This document shows positions 9,913 to 20,000 of a stretch of 20,000 nt of DNA, piece by piece. Under the pieces are notes generated by a model. It was given only the letters and a program-made list of their open reading frames with translations. It searched no databases and was not told the DNA's origin. The position numbers and the translations under genes were made by a program. Location of the stretch: the NCBI GenBank assembly GCA_050230475.1, contig JBFLGF010000120.1:51030-71029 (forward strand), read 5' to 3'. Within the stretch, counting starts at the first letter, position 1. Every line of letters begins with the position of its first letter. The DNA is from Ancylonema sp. (Eukaryota).

Positions 9913-11552
9913 TAGCTTGCATTCGTTATACCGGGATGACGTCCGCTGGCCGTGAGTTCTGATTGGCCATCTAGATTTGCTCGTCAATGCTACGCAGATT
10001 AGTTTGGCGCTGACTTTCGCACGTGCAGGGGTGCCTCACCCACTGCACTAGAATAGGGACAGGAAGAGCTTTGTACCCAAACTTTCTCGATAACTTCCCG
10101 GAACCTACTCGTCTCCTCGCACGTGTCTTGCTGTGTCGTGTGCATTGATACCGCTGCGCTGTGCTGCATTTAGGTTGGCAGAAATACCCATTAGCCCGAT
10201 AGGTCGCCAGCTCACGGCGCTCCTAGGCACCCAACGGCTTCTATTGCCTTGGATAGTTTATCGAGTGGACGTGGCTGCCCTCTTTCCTCTCTCCTAATCT
10301 TCCCACAAGTCCCATCCTCAACCTTCAAACTCAATCTAAACCTCTCCTAAGGTTCGAGCAGCTCCTACTTCAGATCCTGGCTCCGTTTAGTCCGGGGCAG
10401 CAGACTCCACTTGCGCGCAGCAGATTGGATCTGGTCGTGAACAGGCCATCTGGCCTCCCGCTGGCTGGCCTACTTCAACGTGCAGCAGCAGCCCCTGAGG
10501 TCCTTGTTGCTCAGGCGCTGCGCAGAAGTGTTCAGAAGCTGGCGGGTGCAAGTCTCTCAACCTTGGCACCCGTGCAGCAGCCCTTTGTTCGGCAGCCTTT
10601 ACTATATGAGCACCTGGGCCAGCCTCCTGGTCAGTGTTCAGTTTGGAGTGGAGGCAGCGGTCAGCGGTGCGGTTCATCTGGTGGGCGGTGCGTTTCATCA
10701 AGCTCATCCCTGGTGGCTGATCAGCACCTTCTTCCCTCTCCTTCCTTACCGCCTTGTTCTTCTCTTCAGCCTTCTCTACCCTTCCACCTTCACCCTCTCA
10801 GACAACCAGCTTTGAACCTCGTGGAAACAGAGGGGGGGGGCTAGGGGGGGGGGCTGGGGGGGGGGGCTGAAAGGGGGACAGCTGGCGCACTTGAGATAAG
10901 TGTGGCCAGCTCTCAGCAGTTCTGCAGCCAGCCGCTGGATCTCCATGAGCGCGCGACTCTTTTCCTTCCCTTCCTCACCTCAAAACTCTGACGTTGTCGT
11001 TTGGGGGGGGAGGAGGGGTGCAATCTTGGGAGGGGACGCTTTGATAACTTCTTCACCTCTACCCCCGTACGCGGTATAACCAAGCTGCTTCGACGGTCGA
11101 TGTCAGGATGTAAGGAACGTGGACGGATCTCAATCCGCACGTGTTCGCTTGTGTCCTTAGCGTGTTTGTAGTGTGCTTGGCCTAGCCGCACGTGTGTGAC
11201 GCATCGATCTCTATAGGTACGTCAATAGCGGCTGGAGAAGGTGCGCTAGAAAATCTGAAAAATAATATATTAAATTGGGTTCCACTGTGATGCGCCATGC
11301 AATTTATAATGTTCGGTGATCCACCACTTTCGCTAGGAAGATTTTGACCGGATAATAAATTGTTGCACCACATATCTTCGCATTTTTTTTTTATTATTAT
11401 TTTTTTTTATTGACAAAAATATTACATTGCCCTGTTGTTTAGGGCAATACTATTTTTTGGGGTTGTGAGAGATTTACCTTGAAGAAAAAACTCGACTTTT
11501 TGTTTTCTCGTGGATAATTTTTTACTTGTACAGAAAAAAAAACAAAAAAATG

Positions 11553-11594
11553 TGACGCATTCGTTGTGATGTATTCGTCACAACGAATACGTCA
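11553..11594. repeat. Inverted repeat / hairpin
   Basis: TGACGCATTCGTTGTGA...TCACAACGAATACGTCA, 16 of 17 positions complementary around an 8-nt spacer. Confidence 0.75.
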
Positions 11595-11662
11595 TGAAAA
11601 CCTATGATGGCGAAGGAGTACATACATTTTTCACCAAGTTCCCAATCAGATGGGATTAAAAC

Positions 11663-12013
11663 CGTAGTTGCACGGACTGGCAAGATTGGTTTTTCGGACC
11701 GCGGTCGGACCGGTTCCGGAGTCGGGCCCCGGTCGGACGGGGATTTCTTAGGGTTCTTTCCGCCCCGGGCAATTTTCGGGGGGAAATCGACAAGTCGGGG
11801 AAATTTGAAAGAGTATATCCTTGTTTCATTTTTGTACGATGCACAAAGCCCAAATGAAAAACAAAATATTTGTTTTCCGGAAACCTTTTAGAATCCCGAA
11901 AGAAAAACCGAAAGTATCGTACTACCGCCGGTCCGGCATTTTGGCCTAGAAAGACGGACCCCGGTCCGGAACCGGGACCTCGGAACCCCGGTCCGCCGGT
12001 CCGTGCAACTATG
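11663..12013. mobile_element. 351-bp non-autonomous hAT-type element
   Basis: TIRs CGTAGTTGCACGGAC / GTCCGTGCAACTATG (14/15). Perfect 8-bp TSD ATTAAAAC at 11655-11662 and 12014-12021. CGGACC/GGTCCG subterminal repeats. An 8-bp TSD with short CA..TG-type TIRs is typical of hAT elements. Confidence 0.9.
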
Positions 12014-12689
12014 ATTAAAACCCAAACCATTTCATGGTGTCTTTAGAGACAAAATTTTAGAATGTTTCACATTTAAATCTGAACATCAATATTAAAAAAA
12101 AATCAGTATTTCACTACATGGGTCTATAGGTGAGAGAAGTTTTCTCAACTAAATATCATATCCTTCCAAAAATAGTCGATTTACATATAATCTCAAACTC
12201 CATGCATGAAAACATGATGCGACATCCTTCACTTGAGCCAAATGTATTTTTATAGTACAAACTCTACACACTTTTGGAAAGGCAAAGTAGCCACCATATC
12301 ATCATGAGATGATGCACATAAGTAATTATTTAGAATTGTAAATAAAAGTCTGGGTGACTACCATTCCCTCTTCTTATTGGTCACCATTTTCAGGTCGAAA
12401 TAGAAGAGCTTTTCAAAATCGACAAAGCAATGCTATTGTACTGACCATACCCATAATTCTAACTCACCGACCAAGAAAAGTATGGTAAGGCAACCATGGA
12501 CTCGTTATATCCTTTTCAACAACATGTTCATCGGATGGTGGATATGTATGCGACCATCGAAACCACATTTTTGAACAACATGCACCTTTCGATCAATGGA
12601 CGGTTGGATAAGAACACTCATTTTTTTACACCAAAATTTTCCGCGGGGAAAATTTGAAGAGCCAAACAAACCCCGGTTCAATCTGGTCC

Positions 12690-12751
12690 CGACTCTAGCC
12701 ACGGTCCGCCCGCGGTGCGAAGAGATAAAAACGCCTGTCCGTGCAACTATG
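12690..12751. mobile_element. Orphan right end of the same hAT-type family
   Basis: GTCCGTGCAACTATG ending 12751 is identical to the TIR ending 12013. A GGTCCG motif lies upstream. No left TIR was found nearby, and the start coordinate is approximate. Confidence 0.55.
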
Positions 12752-12862
12752 TATGATTCGAATTTTTTTTTCGTCGTTTTGAATTATTTTTTTGCGCCAA
12801 GAGGCTCTAGTCTACCAGTGTGGTCAAAATACCGTAGTGGCCATACATAATGACCCGGGAAA

Positions 12863-13222
12863 TCCTTTATCTCAAATTTATTCGCCGTTCATCCGTTCAT
12901 TTTACACTAAAAAATCAGTTCATTTTTTTCATTTCAAATTTGTCTGCCGTTCATTCGTTCACTTTACACCCAGAAATCCATTCACTTTCCTTTGTCTCTA
13001 GCTTTTTCGCCGTTCATTTGTTTACTTTACACTAGAAAATCCGTTCACTTTTCATTCATCTCAAATGTATTCGCCGTCCATCCGTTCACTTTGGACTAAA
13101 AATTCGGTTAATTTTCCTTCATCTCAAATTTAATCGCCGTTCATCCGTCCACTTTACACCAAAAATACCGTTCACTTTCCTTTATCTCAATTTATTCGCC
13201 GTTTATCCGTTCACTTCCGTTC
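12863..13222. repeat. Minisatellite, ~63-bp unit, about 5.6 diverged copies
   Basis: ATCTCAAATTTA-like anchor at 12869, 12931, 12994, 13058, 13121, 13184. Consensus approximately CCTTTATCTCAAATTTATTCGCCGTTCATCCGTTCACTTTACACTAAAAAATCCGTTCACTTT. Confidence 0.9.
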
Positions 13223-15063
13223 AAAAGCCTTATCTCGGTGCGGTGCGTTGTCGGCTCGACATTGCAACAGACTGTGAGACTTGAACACATACTCTCAGTT
13301 CACAACAGTATTTTTACACTTCATCGCTAATTCTCATGAAAAGGTGTCCGTTATACACATATATTATGAGAGAATCCGACGAGATAAAGGCGACTGATTT
13401 GAAAGAAGTAAGTGAGTGTGTGGAGAAATCCGCATGCTGTCGGTTTCTCGATTTTTCCACGCTAATTGGAATTTTGAAAGGTGAATTGTGGTTGAATTTT
13501 TTTATGGGAAGTCTATGTTGTTTATCATGTTCGCATGTGCATGGTGCAAGAATATAAGAAAAATGAACACCTTAATTATTCCCCGACATGTTCAGTCCCC
13601 CATAAATTTTCGAAAAGGAAACAAATGACGATCGATAGGCGGCTACCGGGATCCAACCACAGATGTATTTTGAGCAAAAAAAAGAATAAAATCGATTTTA
13701 TGATGTTGACCCACTCAGTAAATCGTGTCCAAAAGAATACTGTTGGGGAGGATAAAATATTTTCTTTCAGACAAGTTATTCAGTTGGACAGTTCTGGTTC
13801 CAAACATCCTAAAACCCGTTCCCGTGTGCTTACGACGGGAAAGAAGCCAATATCTAGTTCAGAATCCGTTAAAACGTGTTTTTTGGCTTAAACTACCCGA
13901 AATATCGGTTGCAGCGCCCTTCCATTGTCGTGTAGCGAATCCCATATGAAATTTCACATGGGAAATAGTATATGTACGCGGAAGGCACTCGCACCATCCA
14001 TCAATAATTGCTGGCAACAAATTTGTCATGTCGGTTGTTTCATGTTCACTTCCCACACTTTGGTGGTTACTTATTCTGTACAAACGTATCAGAACCCGTA
14101 CCAGAACGTACGAATTCCGTACAGTATTCTTTTATACGTATCGCGGGGGGCCAAACTAGTATTCTTTTAGACAATTATGCAGGTTTTGGAATAATTACAC
14201 TCCCCCAACGTCAGGGGGGACATTTTCTTTTCTTTTAGAGAATTTATTTGTTTATACAACATTTCTTTGAGGAAGTTGTACTATTCGTCAAAGTTCGGAA
14301 TTTACGGCGTGAGCCGATCCCAACAAATGATTTGACCCAACCCGCCCTTTAAATCATTATGATTGTCCAATACTGGTAATTGTTTCACCGTTGCCTGTTA
14401 TGACATGTTTTTAGTGCAAAGTTCTCAACGGTTCTAGCGCAGCAAGTGAACTTTCAATATGAGTGTAATATATCATTACTATGGTTAATATCGAATGATT
14501 GCACGCTACATATTGTCGAAAATGCCGTTTTCCTCATTGAACCATTCATTTTTATGTATTTTCCTTTGTATGATAGACACAGACATGGTGTTGTTGAAGT
14601 TCTCAACAAATCCTTGCTTACAATACCACTACATAATTCAATGGAATACTGACTCGTTATAATGTGTTGCATTAGAGAAAGAAAAGAATCAAGGAACTCG
14701 TACTTGTGTACGAAATAAATCAGAATTTTATCAGAATTTTATTAAAGAATTTGTGTCACATCTTGCAAGCCCACGAGACTGTAGTACCTACAAAAAGGGC
14801 ACACAAAGCTGCAAGTAAATTTATTCAACTTTCACTACTACCTAATATACATACATACACCATCATTATTCCTTATTTCTTCCACATAACCTCGCCCCAA
14901 TATCAATTTGGGTCATATGTCTAATCCTGATTTCGACCCTTACCATTTTGTATTTCTCCCTACCAATATCTTGTCGAACAAACAGCCTTCTCTTTTCAGG
15001 GTCATAAGGGCCAATGAGAAGAGTGAAGGGACAAGAGACCATCGCCGAAGTAGCACAGCAACG

Positions 15064-17467
15064 TTAGGGAACGTCAATGTGAAGCACACCCGTAATATAC
15101 CTAGTCAAGCGCGAGTGTTTATGTCGGTAGACATTTAACCTCTGCTGCTTGAAGGTCTGTCCCAAAGACGGCCCAAAGTTCGGGTGCAGGATCTTTTTCA
15201 ACAGATTCAGTTTCTTTGTATCCACACTTTTCCAGTCATCGAGGAGGATCCCGCCCGTGTCTTTGGAGTCAGGGCCCCAATTGAACCACGTGTGGGACAG
15301 CTGGTTCTCGTGGATGTAATCGGTTAATTTAAGTAGCCACGTATCCTCCACGGAGTCCATCTCACTTCCACTCGCCCCGAAGAATCCTCCCCATTCACCA
15401 ACCCACAAGGGGAACTTGTTTTGCTTGAACAAATATCCCCAGTTCTTGTCCCAGATGGCTGGCATGTTGTCGGGGAAATCGGTCGCGTTGAAGTAGGACT
15501 GCCAATAAACATACGGCCCGTAATCGTGGGAAGAGTACGCCAACTTTCCCGAAACCTGCAAAGAAAAATAACCCGTCTGTTAAAATAAACGGACAGTTGG
15601 CTGCACCAGTTCATAATAATATGTATTGCTTCTTTGTCAACCAACGCAGAAGCACGGTCTTGTTTTTGATATAATATTAATTAACCTTTCCTTCCCGATT
15701 CTTACCGGTAGGGGTCCCAGGGGGGTGACTCCCACTTGCACCAGATTGCCTCCCCACCAGGTGCCCTGCCACAGACCAGATATAAATATAATCCAATCCT
15801 TATTCACGGCTTGAATGGCGGAAGCAGCCCGCATGCATGCCGTGCGAAAGTTGTAGGGCTCAAATTGGCCATCCAGACCCCAGATGGGCAGATTGCTGGC
15901 GATGGCTTCACTCTGATGCGGCTCGTTGAACAGGTCAGCCTGCAAATGGGAAAAAAAAAAAAAAAAAAAAACCACTTTGAGGAGAGGTTGGAAAACCTGA
16001 TGGCCCTTGTTCACCCACCCCTGATATTTTATGTCCACGCGTAATAGGGAGGAGTGCTCACCCCTAACACTTGAGTGAGGCCCTTGTATCGAGTGGCCAG
16101 CTTAGCCCAATTGTTGACCCACACAGTCTCCGGGCTGTAAATATCCCACCACAGTCCACCCTCATTGGCCGCAGTAAAATTCACGCGGTGGTAGTCGAGA
16201 ATCACTTTCAGCCCGTGGGTCCCACACGCGTTCACGATCTTGTCCATCACACTGATGCAGTTCAAGCCCTGCAGAGCGATTCATATTCACCGCAAGCGGA
16301 TGTGAGGAAGGACGAGTGGGGAGAAGAATCTGACGCATGTGTGGACTTCCTCGAAGGGAGCAAGCTGAAAGAAGATTCTCACCTGCAGATCCGGATTCAG
16401 CTGATAGTTGATCCCGATGCCGAAGGGATAGACGAAAGGATTGAGGGAGGCGCCAGAAAACGAGAGGCGAATCATGTTGAAACCAAGGGACTTCATCTGG
16501 GCCAGCATGTCGTTGTAGTTCCGAGTCCAGAGACCGTGGGGGGCCCCATCTGTCTCTATCCCACCCCACTGAACACCTGCGAATTTGACCTGCCAAGTTC
16601 CAAGTCCGGAGTATTCAGAATTCATCCCGTTGAGAGCCAGCTGCCAAGGTCAGAAGGCTTACGACTCGGCCATTCGCGTCTAAGAATTCTTGTCCTGCAA
16701 CACTCCAGAATCCAGAGCCACGCGGTGGCCCAGCTGATTGCTTCAATTTCCGAGGACTTGGAGATTCCTGCGTTTTGCAACAAAGAAACCGGTTTGAGCA
16801 AAAGCAATTCTGGAGGTACTTCTTATTGTCACATCCAGGCAAGATGTGGCTTGAGGCAAGGGAGGGGCTCACTTCGGTAGTGACAGTTGGATCCAAACTG
16901 TTCCCCTCTGAAGCAATGACCACGTCACCGGCATCTGCGAAAAAATACGACGGAACAATGAGAGGAGACTCTGAGAGAAAAGGACAATTCCAAAGCATAC
17001 CGTGATATCCAGCCGCCAAATGTACCGTTTGATAGCCGGTGCACAGGGAGTTGATATCCTTGACGTCAGATCGTACACTAGGTTTCAGTAAAATGCTTGC
17101 ATGAAAATCCTCTCTAGTGGAGCGTCTCTCAATTATCGACATTCGTCATCAAGCGAACACAGACACAGATCGTCGCATAACAAAGACAGTGAACCTGCAC
17201 ACATCATACCACAACAAAATGCCCCGGCACGGAAGCAGGGTGCCGATCGCGGAAACCAGCTGAAGTTCTACACGCGATCACATTCAAGGATCACATTCAT
17301 CCTTCCATCCTAACATCAGATCTAAAATATGAATGGATTCTCGGAATAGACTTACTATTCACAGAAGCGGCGACCTCAGCCTTCTTCGCACCAGTCTCCA
17401 ACGCAACAGCCAATGTCACACCAGCTAACAAAACCAGCAGCACAGAAGAGCGGTACGAGCGCGCCAT
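15064..17467 (-). CDS. Secreted glycoside hydrolase family 5 endoglucanase (cellulase), GH5_1 / Acidothermus E1-like, ~472 aa, spliced
   Basis: Minus-strand exons: 17467-17356 (signal peptide MARSYRSSVLLVLLAGVTLAVA), 16934-16873, 16767-16663, 16589-16383, 16268-16062, 15939-15706, 15555-15064. All junctions are GT-AG with consistent phase, and an extra small exon ending ~17001 is possible. Motifs: HGLWTRNYNDMLAQMKSLGFNMIRL, ILDYHR, DLFNEPH (acid/base Glu), WWGGNL, HDYG, WVGEWG (nucleophile Glu), NWGPDSKDTGGILLDDW. Confidence 0.93.
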
Positions 17468-20000
17468 GATGCGAAACTTAGAATCTACAAGCACACCTCT
17501 CCAGCAGCCGTCTTTGTACTCTTTTTGAAGTGAATAGTGGGGGAGTGTCAGACGGTCAGAGTCGGCGTCCCACTCGGAATTGACGAATCTGACGAAGGTT
17601 TGTTTTCGGCCCGTTAATTGACAGAGACCACATGTACTTGTCACTGGAAGCTGACTCACTCAACGGGGCTGACGGGGCTGACTGATTGGCTCCACCGAAC
17701 ATAAATTACGGGGGACCGACTCAATTATGCCGGTTTAACGGCTCTTTTTATGAGAGCCGTGGCGCCAATCTATAGACGTGGCGATTGAGCTAGTGTGGCA
17801 TTATCCAGACCAGTTGCCAAATCTGATACGGTGGACATCCGACGGCATCGAGGAAAGACTGGTTGATATTGCGCACTTCGAACTGCGCGCCAGGACCACC
17901 GGATCACTAAACGGCCCTGTTCTGTATTGCTTCTAGGGTGGCGGTAACCCGCAATTTTTTTGTCCGGTTTAAAAATAACCCACATATACCCTCAAGTAAC
18001 CCGAAAATACCCTAGCGTACCCCTAATTAGGGCTGGATTTTTAGGCCCTAAAAATTCCGCCGGTAATTGATAAGGCTAAAAATATAATTAGGGGCAAAAC
18101 TTAAAAATGTTAATAATTCATATCATATATCATTCTTGGGTCAAATTTTAACGCTGATCACAATGGTCGAGTTAAAAACAAAAAATTATGAATATTTACC
18201 ATACTTGCGCTCATGACAATGATCGTGGTGTTACTACACGCATTGTTTACACGAAACATTCGAAAAATGCATCTTGTTGTTTTTTTGGCATGGGTGCAAG
18301 AAACCAATGAATATAGTTCACGTTTACATGGAATGAGTGTTAAAATATCATTGAGTAGCCATAGTGTTAGACTCGTATGGAATGACGAGTCTAGCTTTTA
18401 GAAGCATCCTGAGGATCACAGATAAATGCATATGGAAGTGGACAGAGCAAGTAAATAGGGGGAGAGTACATGAATTGATCAGGATACTGAATGAGCACTA
18501 GTGCAGGGTTTAAATACTAGTTTGAAGCTAGGGTTGGAACAGAACTCGTTATAAAGGAAAACTGAACATATCTCGATATAAGAACAAGCTGGAAGTTAGG
18601 ACCTAATAAAGGTCTAACTAATGATGAGGTCTAATAATCAAAATAGGGCCAACTACTAGGCAATCGGGATGATTTTGCTAAGAGCTTGCTAAGGGTAGGA
18701 AACACTCTAGGGGGACCCTAGTGACAATAGAGGGAGTCCTAACAGTACCCACCCCTCAAAGGCGCGGAACGCGTAATGGATAAAGGGTAGACGCTGGGGC
18801 TCCGGGCTGAGAAAAATGAGCCCAAGACAGGTCGGGCTCTCGGCCTTGGAGAAATGATGGCGGGGCTCTTGGCAATTACAAAAGGTGAGCCCAGGGTCGT
18901 AGGGGAAATGACGGGCTCCCGTGAATTCGGGAACTGGGAGCGGGGACCGGAAGACGGATGGCTGGATGGGGACGATCGGAAACTGGAAGATCGCAAAGTA
19001 GCGGCCGCAGCCGTCCGATCGGAATGTGTCAGAAAGAGGGCGAGGATACGATGGCGCCACGTCGACGAAATTGGATGACGGAGGTATTGTAAATGCTTCG
19101 CTGGCAGATATGAAATCTGTGGAGCGCGGATGTCCCGTCGGATGAACCGCAATGGACGGCGGCGATGGAGAAAATTTCTGGAAAAACAGGTCGAGCCTCG
19201 AAACGGGAAGCACCGAGTCGCCAGTTTCGAGAATGTTCCCTTGATGGCCAGGATGAAGGCCAGGGCAAGGAAAGGTTAAGATTTGACCACGTCGCCAGTG
19301 ACGAACCGAAGACGGGACCCAGGGACCGGGATCCCACGCGAGACACCGCCGGCATAGCTGCTGGGGATTGAGGAAAAGGCGACCGCAGGCCGCACGTGCG
19401 GAGCTACTAGCTGCCGCTGGTCGCAAGGCGGCTCTGGTAAGGAAAGGGACTGGGGCTGGGAAGGAATTGGAGCTCTGTGGTAAATAGCGTGCATGAGCAC
19501 GTTGCTCGGCGTTCGACTCCCGGGGGAGCTGAAATTTGGGAATTTGGATGGATTCGGGGACGGATGGGGAGGGGAAAATGGACTAGAACGGAGAAGGACT
19601 GGACAAAGGCTTGGGACTTTGCGCCTTGCACGGAGGTAGTCGCGTGGAGCAGGGAGATGCGGGGAACTGGTTGTGCAACAGGTACTGATTGCCAAGTAGC
19701 TGGCATCGCGCAAGGCTGCGGGAATGTTGGTTGACGGCCTGGTGCGGTGGGGCTGGCGTGTCGGTCCGAGCTTGGACTGCAGACTGGCGATAGGCTGGGC
19801 GGCAGGTGTGTCATGCCGCTAGAGATCGATAGAAAGTAAAGTCTTTTTAATTGTCGATCCGCTTGAAAAATATCAATTTTCGTAATTGTCGATTTTTTAG
19901 TCGTTATATTAAACTCTGTCGTTATATGAGTTTCAATCAGCCAGACGTTTGATTTGATAATTATGTTATACTCAGTCAATCTATAAAAGTCGGTCTACCA

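Noticed and set aside
12863..13222. CRISPR-like appearance of the regular repeat
   Set aside because: The whole unit repeats with scattered divergence, there are no unique spacers or cas genes, and the context is eukaryotic.
13336..15060. Many 60-120 aa ORFs in AT-rich sequence
   Set aside because: They look like chance ORFs, often with non-ATG starts that are not meaningful in a eukaryote.
16071..16880. 269-aa plus-strand ORF
   Set aside because: It is antisense to the GH5 exons and has no recognisable motif, so it is most likely a shadow ORF.

Overview
Eukaryotic, plant-lineage (streptophyte-like) genomic DNA, not a prokaryotic locus. It holds two convergent intron-containing genes separated by about 9 kb of transposon-rich sequence. 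(1) Plus strand 1284-5968: a DUF3475/DUF668 (PSK SIMULATOR/PSI-like) gene of about 8 exons and roughly 1080 aa. Its last exon adds a long disordered tail with a Tyr/acidic block followed by 19 copies of an L-R-R-M-D-S-x-G-R motif, a dense array of basophilic kinase-type sites. Two frame breaks in this exon fall in poly-G runs and are probably sequencing errors. (2) Minus strand 17467-15064: a secreted GH5 endoglucanase closely resembling bacterial GH5_1 enzymes (Acidothermus E1 type), but with at least 6 spliceosomal introns, a signal peptide and an RKLK pro-region site, so a candidate domesticated horizontal transfer. Non-coding parts include two pogo/Tc1-mariner-type MITEs, a hAT-type non-autonomous family (one copy with a perfect 8-bp TSD), a 63-bp minisatellite and several hairpins. 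All family assignments come from recognising motifs by eye; no searches were run.
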